NCBI GenBank assembly: GCA_963702425.1
Contig: CAVPCQ010000013.1
Span: forward strand, 1-47,616
Origin: an uncultured Acidobacteriota bacterium
Lineage (GTDB): Bacteria > Acidobacteriota > Polarisedimenticolia > J045
Reading direction: 5' to 3'
Length of the DNA: 47,616 bases
Shown: positions 28,092-42,044 of the stretch, piece after piece
Numbering within the stretch: position 1 is the first letter of the stretch
Layout: each line of letters opens with the position of its first letter
Position numbers and translations under genes: made by a program
Notes under the pieces: generated by a model
The model's input: the letters and a program-made list of their open reading frames with translations, nothing else
What the model was told of the DNA's origin: nothing
The model's database searches: none

Positions 28092-29002
28092 AGGACCAGG
28101 AAAACACGCTGGTGCGGCGGGTCGAGGCCTGGGCGGCATTGCCGCTGATCGGCCTCTCGCGGGCGCTGCCGCCGCGCGCGCGGGTCGCCCTCGGATACGG
28201 CCTCGGCCGGCTCGCGGCACGCCTCGACACCCGCCACCGCGCACTCGCGGCGCGCCAGGCGGAGGCCGCGCTGGGGCTCTCACCGGACGAGAGCGACCGG
28301 CTGGCCCGTGCCGCCTTCGCCCACTTCGGCCGCGTGCTGGTCGAGGTGCTGGCCTTGCCCCGTTATGCGCGGCCGGGGATGGAGCGGCTGTTCGCCGTCG
28401 ACGGGCTCGAACACCTTTCGTCGGCCCTGGCGCGAGGCCGGGGGGCCTTCGTCTTTTCGGCCCACTTCGGGAACTGGGAGCTGGTCGCGCTGCGCCAGGC
28501 GCTGGCGGGTCACCCGATGGACTTCGTCGCCCGGCCGCTCGACAACCCTTGGCTCGACGAGGACTTCAACCGCTGGCGCGCCGTCGGCGGCAACCGCGTG
28601 CTGGGAAAGCATGGCGCGCTGCGCGCGGTCGTCCGCTCGCTCAGGGAGGGGCGCGCGGTGGCGATTCTCGTCGACCAGGACATCCGCGGCACGCCCCAGG
28701 TCTTCGTCCCCTTCTTCGGGCGGCCCGCGGCGACGACCTCCACGATGGGCGAGCTGGCGGTCCGCACCGGGGCGGCCGTCGTACCCGTCGTATCCTTCCC
28801 GCGACCCGACGGAGGCTACCGGATCGTGTACCAGCCGGAGCTCGAGATCCCCGCCGGCGGCGATGACGCATCGCGCGCCCACGACGTGATGGCCCGGGCC
28901 ACGGCCTCGGTCGAGAGCTGGGTGCGCGAAGACCCCTCCGCGTGGCTGTGGCTGCACAACCGCTGGAAGTCACGACCGCCCGGGGAGCGGAGCGCCCGAT
29001 GA
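28088..29002 (+). CDS. lpxL: lipid A late acyltransferase (LpxL/HtrB family)
   Basis: HFGNWE, RPLDNP, LVDQD, VPFFG, WLWLHNRWK. Confidence 0.88.
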   Translation: MKDQENTLVRRVEAWAALPLIGLSRALPPRARVALGYGLGRLAARLDTRHRALAARQAEAALGLSPDESDRLARAAFAHFGRVLVEVLALPRYARPGMERLFAVDGLEHLSSALARGRGAFVFSAHFGNWELVALRQALAGHPMDFVARPLDNPWLDEDFNRWRAVGGNRVLGKHGALRAVVRSLREGRAVAILVDQDIRGTPQVFVPFFGRPAATTSTMGELAVRTGAAVVPVVSFPRPDGGYRIVYQPELEIPAGGDDASRAHDVMARATASVESWVREDPSAWLWLHNRWKSRPPGERSAR

Positions 29003-29589
29003 CCCGTCGCGCCGTCTTCTTCGACCGTGACGGCACGCTGTGCGCCGAGGTCGGTTACGTCAACCATCCCTCCCGCCTGACCCTCCTGCCGCGCACCGCG
29101 GAGGTGATCCGCCGCGTCAACGAACTCGGTTGGGCCGCGGTGATCGCGACCAACCAGGCCGGCGCCGCGCGCGGCTACTTCCCGTCCCACCTGCTGTTCG
29201 AGACCCACCGCCGCCTGCGAGCCCTGCTCGCCGCGGAAGGGGCGCAGCTCGACGGGATCTACGCCTGCACCCATCACCCCGAGCTTGGCCCGCCCGGCCT
29301 GAGAGGGCGCTGCTCCTGCCGCAAGCCGCGGCCCGGGATGCTGCTGCGCGCCGCGCGGGAACTCGACCTGGACCTGTCGCGCAGCTACATGGTGGGCGAC
29401 TCGTTCCGCGACGTCGGTGCGGGTCGGGCGGCGGGGGTCGCGGCGACCGTCCTGTTGCGCACCGGCTACGGGCGCGGCGAGATCCTCTGGAAGGGAGCCA
29501 CGCTCGCCGAGTGGCCGGACCACGTCGCCGACGACCTGCCGGCGGCCGTCCAGTGGATCATCAGTCACGCGGAGGCGAGCGAGCCATGA
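28999..29589 (+). CDS. gmhB: D-glycero-D-manno-heptose 1,7-bisphosphate phosphatase
   Basis: FFDRDGTL, TNQAG, CTHHP..CSCRKPRPGM, SYMVGD. Confidence 0.92.
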   Translation: MTRRAVFFDRDGTLCAEVGYVNHPSRLTLLPRTAEVIRRVNELGWAAVIATNQAGAARGYFPSHLLFETHRRLRALLAAEGAQLDGIYACTHHPELGPPGLRGRCSCRKPRPGMLLRAARELDLDLSRSYMVGDSFRDVGAGRAAGVAATVLLRTGYGRGEILWKGATLAEWPDHVADDLPAAVQWIISHAEASEP

Positions 29590-30614
29590 GAGGACACCCG
29601 GGAGAACGTCCGACGCGCTCCGCGCTGCTGGCGCTGGTCGACCGGCTGGACCGCGCGCGGGTCGCAGTCGTCGGTGACGCCGTGCTGGACGTGTTCGAGT
29701 ACGGGGTGATCGCGCGCGTCTCCCGCGAGGCGCCGGTGCTGATCCTCGAGCACCGGCAGTCGTCCTTCGTGCCGGGCGGCGCCGCGAACACCGCGGCCAA
29801 CCTGGCCGCGCTCGACGTCGCGACCGCGCTCGTCGGCCGGGTCGGCGACGACGACGACGGTGCGCGGCTGGGGCGGATCCTCGGCGAGCGCGGGATCGCG
29901 GTCGGCGGGCTGGTCCCCCAGCGCGGCTACGTCACGCCGACGAAGACCCGGATCCTCGCCGGCAGCCCGCACACCGCCAAGCAGCAGATCGTGCGCATGG
30001 ACCGCGGCAGCCGCGGCGTCGAGCTCACGACAGGGACCCGCTCACGGCTGCTCGGCGCGGCGCGGCGGGCACGGCGGCAGGGGGCGGCCGTCGTGTTGGC
30101 CGACTACGGCTACGGCACCGTCGACCCGGCGTGGCCGACGGAACTCGGCCCGGGCGCGGGGGCGCTGATGCTCGACAGCCGCTTCGCGCTCGAGCGGTTC
30201 CGCGGCGTCTCGGCGGCGACGCCGAACCTCGAGGAGGTCGAGCGTGCCGCCGGAGTCGACCTCGACGACGACGACGAGTCGGGGATCGAGGAGACGGCGC
30301 GGCAGATGCGGCGCGCGCTGCGCGCCGAAGCGCTGCTCGTGACGCGCGGCTCGCGCGGCATGACGCTGGTCGCGGAGCGCGGGCGCGCGATCCGGATCCC
30401 GGTCTTCGGCAGCGACGAGATCGCCGACGTCACCGGCGCCGGCGACACGGTGATCGCCGTGTTTACGGCGGTGCGCGCGGCCGGCGGATCGTGGCGCGAG
30501 GCGGCGGAGCTGGCGAACGTCGCCGGAGGTCTCGTGGTGATGAAGCGCGGCACGGCGACCGTCAGCCGGGACGAGCTGCGGGCCGCGCTGCGCGAGGGCT
30601 GGGGCGAAGGGTGA
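29586..30614 (+). CDS. rfaE1: heptose 7-phosphate kinase (RfaE domain I, PfkB family)
   Basis: GDAVLD..RVSREAPV, PGGAANTAANL, TPTKTRI, DVTGAGDTV. Confidence 0.9.
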   Translation: MRGHPGERPTRSALLALVDRLDRARVAVVGDAVLDVFEYGVIARVSREAPVLILEHRQSSFVPGGAANTAANLAALDVATALVGRVGDDDDGARLGRILGERGIAVGGLVPQRGYVTPTKTRILAGSPHTAKQQIVRMDRGSRGVELTTGTRSRLLGAARRARRQGAAVVLADYGYGTVDPAWPTELGPGAGALMLDSRFALERFRGVSAATPNLEEVERAAGVDLDDDDESGIEETARQMRRALRAEALLVTRGSRGMTLVAERGRAIRIPVFGSDEIADVTGAGDTVIAVFTAVRAAGGSWREAAELANVAGGLVVMKRGTATVSRDELRAALREGWGEG

Positions 30615-31123
30615 GGCCGCCCGAGTCGAAGATCGCGACGCGCGAGGCGCTGGCCGAACGGTTCCGGCGCGAGCCGCCGGCCCGGCTGGTGCTCGCCAAC
30701 GGGCTGTTCGACCTGGTCCACGTCGGTCACGCGCGCTACTTCGCCGACGCGCGCCGCGCCGGCGACGCGCTCGTCGTGGCGCTCAACGACGACGCCTCGG
30801 CGCGCCGCGCCAAGGGCCCGGAGCGCCCGCTGCTGCCGCTCGACGAGCGGCTGCTGGTCGTGGCCGCGTTCCGCTGCGTCGACTGGGTGACCTTCTTCCC
30901 CGAGCCGACCGTCGCCCCAACGCTGCGGCTGCTGCGTCCGGTGTTCCACGCGAAGGGGACCGACTACCGGCCTGAAACGCTCCCGGACGAGGAGCAGGCG
31001 GCCCACCGCGAGCTGGGGATCCGGGTCGCGATCGCCGGCGACCCCAAGGACCACGCGACCAGCGATCTGATCGTGGAGATCCTGCAGCGCGGAGACGAGC
31101 GGCGGCTCGGCGGCCGCCAGTAG
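30611..31123 (+). CDS. rfaE2: heptose 1-phosphate adenylyltransferase (RfaE domain II)
   Basis: ANGLFDLVHVGH, ALNDDASARRAKGPERP, KGTDY, GDPKDHATS. Confidence 0.9.
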   Translation: MRPPESKIATREALAERFRREPPARLVLANGLFDLVHVGHARYFADARRAGDALVVALNDDASARRAKGPERPLLPLDERLLVVAAFRCVDWVTFFPEPTVAPTLRLLRPVFHAKGTDYRPETLPDEEQAAHRELGIRVAIAGDPKDHATSDLIVEILQRGDERRLGGRQ

Positions 31124-31128
31124 CGGGC

Positions 31129-32073
31129 CTACGGCCTGAGTGCCAGCCGGTAGGCCATCTCGAGCCGGATCGGATCGTACGACGCCTTCGCCTGGCGGAG
31201 CCCGGGATCCCCGAGGTCCTCCTCGCGGTTCAGGAAGGCGTACCCCTCCCGGACCGCGGCCTCGGCGGCAGCCCGGTTCACGAGCTGATACAGCCCCTTC
31301 ACGTCGCGCCGCGCCCGCTCGAAGTGGATCACGAGCGTCTCCGGCGACTGCCGCTCGAAGAGCGCGAAGCCCGCCGGCCCGCCGTTGACCCGGACCAGCA
31401 CGCCCTCCTGGTGCAGCCGGTCGAAGTGCTGCAGCGTGCGGCGCAGCGCCTCGTTGTCCTGCTCCATCGACTCCGAGACGGGCGGCTCCTCGTCGGTCAT
31501 CTGCCGCAGCACCTCGCAGGCGTCACCGACGCGCTCGCCGGTCATCGGCTCGACACTCCAGTCGTAGGACTGGTCGGCCTGGGCGATCAGGTTGCGCTTC
31601 TTTGCGTAGCCTCGGCCCTTGAGCGTCGCCAGGTCCGCCGCGTCGTAGATGTAGTTCGCGTTCTCAGGCTCCTCGATCACCTCGAAATTCGAAACGAATT
31701 CCGGGTGCGCCTCGAGAAACGCGCGATCGACGCCGATGATCGCGAGCGGCTTGCTCAGCCGCCGGCCGGCCTCGACGATGCTCGCCGCGGTCGCGGTGTC
31801 GAGCGGCCCGATCGGCTGCATGAGGTGCAGCGGACCGTCGGGCGCGAAGCGAAACGCGACGAGCAGCGTGCCGGAGCCGGTGAAGGCCCAGCAGTAGTGG
31901 AAGACGTGGTCCCAGGCGACGAAGGTCGCGAAGGTGTACCCGGACAGCGCGTGCGGGTGACGCGCCAGGAACCGCTCGAGGTCGGGCTGGGCGTCGATGG
32001 TGAGCGGCGAGAAGTCGAGCCCCAGGAACGGGACGCACTCCGGCCGGTCACCTCGTGAGGCGCATGGCTGCAT
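31129..32073 (-). CDS. DUF2156 / phosphatidylglycerol lysyltransferase C-terminal-like protein
   Basis: NYIYDAADLATLKGRGYAKKRN, VIHFERA..GLYQLVN, LNREEDLGDPGLRQAKASYDP; start uncertain. Confidence 0.85.
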   Translation of the reverse strand: MQPCASRGDRPECVPFLGLDFSPLTIDAQPDLERFLARHPHALSGYTFATFVAWDHVFHYCWAFTGSGTLLVAFRFAPDGPLHLMQPIGPLDTATAASIVEAGRRLSKPLAIIGVDRAFLEAHPEFVSNFEVIEEPENANYIYDAADLATLKGRGYAKKRNLIAQADQSYDWSVEPMTGERVGDACEVLRQMTDEEPPVSESMEQDNEALRRTLQHFDRLHQEGVLVRVNGGPAGFALFERQSPETLVIHFERARRDVKGLYQLVNRAAAEAAVREGYAFLNREEDLGDPGLRQAKASYDPIRLEMAYRLALRP

Positions 32074-32482
32074 AGCCGTCCAGGACCTCGAAGCCGAGCT
32101 CCTCGTAGAACGGAGTGGTGCCCGGCTCGGCCACGAGCCCGATCCACTCCAGCTGCCGCTCCGCGCAGTAGTCCCGCACGCGGCGCACCAGCTCGCGACC
32201 GACTCCGCGGCCGCGGCATTCCTTCAGCACCACGACGTCCTGAATATAGGCGTCGCTCACGCCGTCCGAGATCGCGCGGGCCATTCCGACGATCCGGCCG
32301 TTCGTGGCGCGCGCGATCATGAAGCAGAAGCTCCCGGTCACGGTTCCCGGGACGATCGCCCGCGCGTGGGCCGATTCCACCCACCACCCGCCGGCCTGGT
32401 AGAGCGCGACGATCGCCTCGACGAGCTGCGGGGCCGGAGCCCCCCCGATCACCTCGAAATCGATTTCGTCCTTCGGCTCCAT
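32048..32482 (-). CDS. GNAT family N-acetyltransferase
   Basis: IVGMARAISDGVSDAYIQDVVV..RGRGVG, FYEELGF; start 32482 or 32506. Confidence 0.9.
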   Translation of the reverse strand: MEPKDEIDFEVIGGAPAPQLVEAIVALYQAGGWWVESAHARAIVPGTVTGSFCFMIARATNGRIVGMARAISDGVSDAYIQDVVVLKECRGRGVGRELVRRVRDYCAERQLEWIGLVAEPGTTPFYEELGFEVLDGYAAMRLTR

Positions 32483-32530
32483 CGGCTCCGCCCGCAGCTC
32501 CAGCATTATCCGGTGCCGCGCCCGCTGTCG

Positions 32531-35743
<3,213 letters not shown>

Positions 35744-35820
35744 GCGCCCTTCCTCCTCCGCTTCGGCCGCACCGGCCCCGGGGGCCGAGCGCGCCGCGGG
35801 ATTCTGTCACCGATGGGCAG

Positions 35821-35845
35821 AAAAAGGGCCGCCCGGAGGCGGCCC
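35821..35845 (-). terminator. intrinsic terminator of the alpha operon
   Basis: Minus strand GGGCCGCC-TCCG-GGCGGCCC followed by TTTTT, 24 nt after the rplQ stop. Confidence 0.85.
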
Positions 35846-35869
35846 CATGTCAGCTGCGTGCCCGCGCGC

Positions 35870-36349
35870 TCACTCCGCGCCGGCGGTCTTCTTCCTGCGG
35901 CCGCCCGTGATCCGCTTCGCGATCCCGGCGAGCCCGCCTTCCTTCTTGGCTGTCTTGGCCGCGGCAGGCTCCGCCCCACGCGACTCCTTCCCCTTGCGCA
36001 CGACCAGCTCGACGATCGCCATCTCGGCGGCGTCGCCGCGCCGGGGCATCGTGCGCAGCACCCGGGTGTAGCCCCCGGGGCGGTCGGAGAAGCGCGGCGC
36101 GATCTCGTCGAACAGGCGCTTGACGATGTCCCGGTCGTGCAGGTCGCGCGCCACGATGCGACGGGCGTGGACGGTATTCTGCTGCGCTTTGGAGATCAGC
36201 CGCTCCGCGTAGGGGCGCAACTCCTTGGCCTTGCCCATCGTCGTCGTGATCCGCTCGTGCTCGATGAGCGCGGTGGCGAGGTTCCTCAGGGTCGCGATGC
36301 GGTGCTCGCTCGTCCGTCCCAGTTTCCGATTGGCGCAGCGGTGTCTCAT
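35870..36349 (-). CDS. rplQ: 50S ribosomal protein L17
   Basis: MRHR..RKLGRTSEHR, ITTTMGKAKELR, GGYTR. Confidence 0.97.
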   Translation of the reverse strand: MRHRCANRKLGRTSEHRIATLRNLATALIEHERITTTMGKAKELRPYAERLISKAQQNTVHARRIVARDLHDRDIVKRLFDEIAPRFSDRPGGYTRVLRTMPRRGDAAEMAIVELVVRKGKESRGAEPAAAKTAKKEGGLAGIAKRITGGRRKKTAGAE

Positions 36350-36371
36350 GGCATCCTTCCTTCGCGGCGGC

Positions 36372-37349
36372 TCAGCGCTGCCCGGCGGCTCGACCGTCGA
36401 GGCGCATGCCGAGGGACAGCTTCATGTCGGCCAGCAGTTCCTTGATCTCGTTGAGCGACTTGCGGCCGAAGTTCTTCGTCTTGAGCAGTTCGGGCTCGGT
36501 GCGCTGGACCAGGTCCCGGACGTACTCGATCCCCGCGTTCCTCAGGCAGTTGTAGGACCGCACCGACAGTTCCAGTTCGTCGATCGAGCGGTCGAGGTAC
36601 TCGAGGACCTTGGCGTCCCCGATATCGACGGGCTCGGCCGGGATCTCCAGCGTGTCCTCGAAGTTCACGAAGATCGACAGGTGGTCGCGGAGCAGGCGGG
36701 CGGCAGTCGAGACCGCATCCTGCGCGGTGATCGACCCGTCCGTCCAGACATCCATGATCAGCTTGTCGAAGTCGGTCGAGCGGCCGACGCGGGCCGGCTC
36801 GATCGCGAAATTGACGCGCCGTACCGGGGAGTGCACGGAGTCGATGGGGATGTACCCCAACGCCAGGTCCTCGTCCATGTTCTGGTCGGCCGGAACGTAG
36901 CCGCGGCCCGGCTTGATCCTGAGCTCCATCTCGAGTGCGCCCTCGTCCGACAGCGTCGCGATGACGGCCGAGGGGTCGAGGATCTCGACATTCGAGTTGG
37001 TTTCGATGTCTCCGGCGCTCACCACCCGCGGCCCCTTGACGTTGATCCGAACCGTCTCGGTCCGTGGGACGTGGAGCTTCACCGGGACCTTCTTCAGGTT
37101 GAGGATGACGTCGGTGACGTCCTCGATCACGCCCGAGAGCGAGGAGAACTCGTGGAGTACCCCCTCGATCTTGATCGCGGTGATCGCCGCCCCCTCGACC
37201 GAGGACAGCAGGATCCGGCGCAGGGCGTTGCCAACCGTCGTGCCGAAGCCGCGCTCGTAGGGCTGCGCGGTGAAGCGGCCGTACTGCCCCGTCAAGGTGG
37301 CGCCGTCGACCTCGAGGAACTTCGGCTTCTGGAATCCCTTCTCGATCAT
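36372..37349 (-). CDS. rpoA: RNA polymerase alpha subunit
   Basis: [43 protein letters not shown]; AGGAGG RBS before ATG 37349. Confidence 0.98.
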   Translation of the reverse strand: MIEKGFQKPKFLEVDGATLTGQYGRFTAQPYERGFGTTVGNALRRILLSSVEGAAITAIKIEGVLHEFSSLSGVIEDVTDVILNLKKVPVKLHVPRTETVRINVKGPRVVSAGDIETNSNVEILDPSAVIATLSDEGALEMELRIKPGRGYVPADQNMDEDLALGYIPIDSVHSPVRRVNFAIEPARVGRSTDFDKLIMDVWTDGSITAQDAVSTAARLLRDHLSIFVNFEDTLEIPAEPVDIGDAKVLEYLDRSIDELELSVRSYNCLRNAGIEYVRDLVQRTEPELLKTKNFGRKSLNEIKELLADMKLSLGMRLDGRAAGQR

Positions 37350-37403
37350 GATCCCTCCTGGGCGCGGGGCCGGCGCGGGGCCGTTCCCCGGCGACCGGGA
37401 CAC

Positions 37404-38030
37404 TTACTTCGAGTACAGCTCGACGATCAGGCTTTCGGTGATCGGAAGCTGGATGTCGTCGCGTCGCGGCATGTTCACGACCCGGCCACGGAAGTTGGTC
37501 CCGTCGAGCTCGAGCCACGGCGGGATGCCGCGGCCCTGGGCGGTGTCGAGGTTCGCCTGGATCAGGGCGTTCTTGCGGCTGCCCTCGCGCAGCTCGACGA
37601 AGTCACCCTTCACGACCTGGAACGACGGCACGTCGACCTTCCGGCCGCCGACGTTGAAGTGACCGTGGCTCACCAGCTGACGCGCCTGGGAGCGCGACGC
37701 GGCGAAGCCGAGCCGGTACACCACGTTGTCGAGCCGGCGCTCGAGCAGCTGGAGCATGTTCTCGCCGGTCACTCCCTTCTTGCGCGACGCACGCTCGAAG
37801 TAGAGCCGGAACTGGCGCTCCAGCACTCCGTAGATGCGCTTCACCTTCTGCTTCTCGCGCAGCTGGAGGCCGTAGCCCTGCAGCTTGATCCGGCGCTTTC
37901 CGTGCTGCCCCGGCGCGTAGGAGCGGCGCTTGACGGCGCACTTGTCCTTGAAGCAGCGCTCGCCCTTGAGGAAGAGCTGCAATCCCTCGCGGCGGCAGAG
38001 CCGGCAAACAGATCCCGTGTAGCGTGCCAT
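37404..38030 (-). CDS. rpsD: 30S ribosomal protein S4
   Basis: [27 protein letters not shown]. Confidence 0.98.
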   Translation of the reverse strand: MARYTGSVCRLCRREGLQLFLKGERCFKDKCAVKRRSYAPGQHGKRRIKLQGYGLQLREKQKVKRIYGVLERQFRLYFERASRKKGVTGENMLQLLERRLDNVVYRLGFAASRSQARQLVSHGHFNVGGRKVDVPSFQVVKGDFVELREGSRKNALIQANLDTAQGRGIPPWLELDGTNFRGRVVNMPRRDDIQLPITESLIVELYSK

Positions 38031-38045
38031 CGTCTCGTCCCTCGC

Positions 38046-38447
<402 letters not shown>

Positions 38448-38516
38448 CCTGCTTCTCCGGGCCGGCGGATTTCCGGCCTGTCATCCGTGCTGCACGGCAG
38501 GCCGCGAGGCCCACCG

Positions 38517-38540
38517 CGGGCCGGCCCGGAGGCCGGCCCC
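38517..38540 (-). repeat. single REP-like palindrome related to the 5730 array
   Basis: Minus strand GGGGCCGGCCTCCGGGCCGGCCCG, 22/24 identical to 5731-5754. Confidence 0.6.
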
Positions 38541-38545
38541 GACGG

Positions 38546-38923
38546 TTACTTCTTCACCTTCTTCTTGCCCGCCACCGCGACGCGCGGACCCTTCTTGGTG
38601 CGCGCGTTGGTGTGAGTCCGCTGGCCACGGCACGGCAGTCCCAGCCGGTGCCGGGTTCCGCGGTACGAACCGATTTCGATCAGGCGCTTGATGTCCATCT
38701 GGATGGCCTTGCGGAGGTCGCCCTCGACACGGCCCTCGTCCTGGATGATCTGCTGGATCCGGCGCACCTGGTCCTCGGTCAGGTCCTTGACGCGCACCTT
38801 CGGGTCGACGCCCGCGGTGCCGAGGATCCGGCCGGATCGGGCAGCGCCGATGCCGAAGATGTAGGTCAGGCCGACGTCGACCCGCTTGTTGAGGGGGAGA
38901 TCCACCCCGGCGATACGAGCCAT
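38546..38923 (-). CDS. rpsM: 30S ribosomal protein S13
   Basis: [21 protein letters not shown]. Confidence 0.98.
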   Translation of the reverse strand: MARIAGVDLPLNKRVDVGLTYIFGIGAARSGRILGTAGVDPKVRVKDLTEDQVRRIQQIIQDEGRVEGDLRKAIQMDIKRLIEIGSYRGTRHRLGLPCRGQRTHTNARTKKGPRVAVAGKKKVKK

Positions 38924-38944
38924 CTCAGGACTCCTGCGCCCGGC

Positions 38945-39058
38945 TCAGCCCTGGCGCTGCTTGTGCTTGGGGTTCTCGCAGATGATCCGCAAGACCCCGT
39001 GCCGCCTGATCACCTTGCACTTCTCGCACATCTTCTTGACCGATGCCCTGACCTTCAT
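38945..39058 (-). CDS. rpmJ: 50S ribosomal protein L36
   Basis: Hand translation [37 protein letters not shown]; below the ORF-track size cutoff. Confidence 0.97.
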   Translation of the reverse strand: MKVRASVKKMCEKCKVIRRHGVLRIICENPKHKQRQG

Positions 39059-39075
39059 GTTCCACCTCGATCGCG

Positions 39076-39294
39076 CTACTTGTGGCGGTAGATGATCCGG
39101 CCCCGGGTCAGGTCGTACGGCGACAGCTCGACCAGCACCCGGTCTCCGGGAAGGATCCGGATGAAGTTCTTCCTCATCCGACCGGAGATGTGGGCCAGCA
39201 CCTTGTGGCCGTTGTCGAGCTCGACGCGGAACATCGCGTTCGGCAGCGTCTCGATCACGACCGCCTCGACCTGGATCGGTTCCTCCTTGGTCAA
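39076..39294 (-). CDS. infA: translation initiation factor IF-1
   Basis: [29 protein letters not shown]; TTG start. Confidence 0.97.
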   Translation of the reverse strand: MTKEEPIQVEAVVIETLPNAMFRVELDNGHKVLAHISGRMRKNFIRILPGDRVLVELSPYDLTRGRIIYRHK

Positions 39295-39298
39295 GCCC

Positions 39299-40066
39299 TC
39301 ACTCCTTCCACGGCGCCGTCAGCCCGCCGCCCAGCACGCGGGGGCCGTCGTCCGTGGCCGCCACCACCAATTCCCAGTGAGCCGCCTTGGACCCGTCGCG
39401 GGTCACCGCAGTCCACCCGTCGCCGAGGACCTTCACCGCCGCGTCCCCGGCCACGACCATCGGCTCGATCGCCAGCACCATGCCGGCCTCGATCCGCGGA
39501 CCCTGCCCAGCAGGGCCGTAGTTCGGCACCTGCGGCTCCTCGTGGAGCCGCGTGCCGATGCCGTGCCCGACGAAGTCGCGCACGACGGAGTATCCGTTGG
39601 CCACAGCGGTCTTCTCGACCGCACTGCCGATGTCGCCGACCCGTCGGCCGGGGCGCACCTGCTCGATCGCGCGGAGCAGGCTCTCCCGGGTGACGTGGGA
39701 GAGCTTCTCGTCCTTCTCGGCCACCGGCGGAACGGCGCAGGTCACGGCGCCATCGCCGTAGTAGCCCTCCAGCAGGACGCCGAAATCGATGCTGACCAGG
39801 TCCCCGGGGCGCAGCGAGCGCTTGCCGGGAATGCCGTGGACCACTTCCTCGTTGACGGAGATGCAGAGGCAGGCGGGATAACCCATGTACCCCTTGAACG
39901 CGGGCTTGGCGCCCGCATCCTGCGTCTTGCGCTCCGCGATCATGTCCAACTCGCGGGTCTCGACCCCCTCCCGCACCGCTCCCGAGAGCTCGACGAGGAC
40001 CTCCCGCACGAGCGTGCAGGCCCGGTCGATCCTGTCGATCTCGGCCGGCGAGCGGCGCGAGATCAT
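39299..40066 (-). CDS. map: methionine aminopeptidase type I
   Basis: [35 protein letters not shown]. Confidence 0.96.
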   Translation of the reverse strand: MISRRSPAEIDRIDRACTLVREVLVELSGAVREGVETRELDMIAERKTQDAGAKPAFKGYMGYPACLCISVNEEVVHGIPGKRSLRPGDLVSIDFGVLLEGYYGDGAVTCAVPPVAEKDEKLSHVTRESLLRAIEQVRPGRRVGDIGSAVEKTAVANGYSVVRDFVGHGIGTRLHEEPQVPNYGPAGQGPRIEAGMVLAIEPMVVAGDAAVKVLGDGWTAVTRDGSKAAHWELVVAATDDGPRVLGGGLTAPWKE

Positions 40067-40641
40067 GCCCGCGCTCCACCGAGGAGCCCGGCCACGAGCC
40101 CGAACACCTGGTCGATGTTACCCGTTCCGTCAACCTCCGCCAGCAGACCCTGCTCCCGGTAGACCTGCGCCACCGGTTCGGTCTGCTCCCGGTAGACCCG
40201 GAGCCGCTCGCGGATCGTCTCGATCCGATCGTCGGCCCGCACCGCCCCGCCCTCCCCGGCCTGCGCACGGCCGAGGATCCGGGCCTCGACCACCGCGTCC
40301 GGCACGACCAGCATCACGACCCGGTCGAGCCGCTTCTCCCCCAGCGCCCGCTGGAGGATCGCCACCTGCGGCACCGTTCGCGGGAAGCCGTCGAGCAGGA
40401 ACCCGGCCGCCGCGTCCGGCTCGGCGATCCGCTCGGCGATCACCCGCCCGATCATCTCGTCGGGCACGAGGTGGCCCCGCTCGAGGATCTCCTCGACCTG
40501 CCGGCCCAGTTCCGACTTCGCGGCGACAGCCTGGCGAAGCATGTCTCCCGTGGAGATGTGGGGGATCCCGTACGCCGCGGCGATGCGCTGCGCCTGGGTT
40601 CCCTTCCCCGCCCCGGGCGGGCCGAACAGGACGATCCGCAT
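40063..40641 (-). CDS. adk: adenylate kinase (short, LID-less type)
   Basis: MRIVLFGPPGAGKGTQA, HISTGDMLR, LDGFPRT, RADD. Confidence 0.95.
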   Translation of the reverse strand: MRIVLFGPPGAGKGTQAQRIAAAYGIPHISTGDMLRQAVAAKSELGRQVEEILERGHLVPDEMIGRVIAERIAEPDAAAGFLLDGFPRTVPQVAILQRALGEKRLDRVVMLVVPDAVVEARILGRAQAGEGGAVRADDRIETIRERLRVYREQTEPVAQVYREQGLLAEVDGTGNIDQVFGLVAGLLGGARA

Positions 40642-42042
40642 CAGCCGCGGCGCCCCCTGATCCGGGTCCCCTTGAGGAACCCGTCGTAGTGCCGCATGAC
40701 CAGCTGGCTCTCGATCTGCTGGATCGTGTCCATCGCGACGCCGATCACGATCAGGAGCGAGGTGCCGCCGAAGTAGAACTGGATCCCGGTCCCGTTGAGG
40801 ACCCATCCCGGCAGGATGCGGGCGAAGAACTCGCCGACCGCGGCCGGGCGCAGCTTGTCGAGCGGGAGGCCCGACAGCAGGAAGATCGGGAGGATCGAGA
40901 TCAGCGCCAGGTAGATCGCCCCGGAGGTCGTCAGCTTGGTCAGCACGCTGTCGATGTACTGGGCCGTCGACTTGCCCGGCCGGACGCCCGGGATGAACCC
41001 GCCGACCCGCTTCATGTTCTCGGCCGTGTCCATCGGATTGAACACGATCGAGGTGTAGAAGAAGCAGAAGAAGATGATCAGCAGGACGTAAGCGATGTCG
41101 TAGAGCGGCATCCGCCACTGCAGCTGCTCGTTGGCGACCCGGATCCAGTTGGCGTCGGGCCACAGCGAGCTGGCCCAGCTGAACAGCCCCATCGGCAGGG
41201 CCAGCAGCGAGGAGGCGAAGATGACCGGGATCACGCCCGCGGTGTTCACCCGCAGCGGCAGGTAGGTCTGGGTGCCGCGCATCATGCGGCGCCCCTGCAC
41301 GCGGCTGGCGTACTGGATCGGGATCCGGCGCTGACCCCGCTCGACGAAGACCACCGCGGCCGTGACCCCGACCATGACGGCGACGATCACGGCGATCGTC
41401 AGCAGGCCGATCTGACCGTTCATCAGCTCGCGCGACCGTGTTCAGCACCGACGGCAGGACGCCGGCCACGATCCCGGCGAAGATGATCAGCGAGATCCCG
41501 TTGCCGATCCCGCGGTCCGTGATCTGCTCGCCCAGCCACATGATGAAGGCGGTGCCGGTGGTGAGGGTGACCACGGTCGTCAGGAAGAACATGAAGCCGG
41601 CGTTGATCACGATCGGCTCGGCCGTGCCGCCGATCTTCGTGACCCAGATCGAGATCCCCAGCGACTGGACGATCGAGAGCACGATCGTCCCGTAGCGGGT
41701 GTACTGCGTGATCTTCCGCCGCCCGACCTCGCCCTCCTTCTGCAGCTTCTCGAGGTAGGGCCAGATCACGGCCAGGAGCTGCAGGATGATCGACGCTGAG
41801 ATGTACGGCATGATGCCGAGCGCGAAGATCGTCAGGTTCTGGAAGTTGCCCCCGGTGAAGAGGTTCACCAGGCCGACCAGCGAGTTCTGGCTCTGGGCGA
41901 AGAACTCGCGCAGCGCGGCGAGGTTGATCCCCGGGATCGGGATGAAGGCCCCGATCCGGTAGATCGCAAGCAGCCCCAACGTGAACAGGATCCGCCGGCG
42001 CAGGTCGGGGATCTTGAAGATGTTCTGCAGCGTCTGGATCAT
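40641..42042 (-). CDS. secY: preprotein translocase SecY; +1 frameshift at ~41433
   Basis: Frame 1: LGIMPYISASII, WLGEQITDRGIGNGISLIIF; frame 2: RRIPIQY, NTAGVIPVIFASS, GGFIPGVRPG, FGGTSLLIVIGV. Confidence 0.95.
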
Positions 42043-42044
42043 GC

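Noticed and set aside
25702-31123. LPS operon as a novel system
   Set aside because: All six genes are standard lipid A, Kdo and ADP-heptose enzymes.
32030-32051. Possible third frameshift at the DUF2156 start (GTG 32038 with GAGGTG upstream, CCC run)
   Set aside because: An in-frame ATG at 32073 gives an intact ORF, so no indel is required; undecidable without reads.
40063-42042. SecY-adenylate kinase fusion protein (659 aa)
   Set aside because: Product of the +1 indel in secY; the middle is out-of-frame sequence and adk has its own ATG at 40641.
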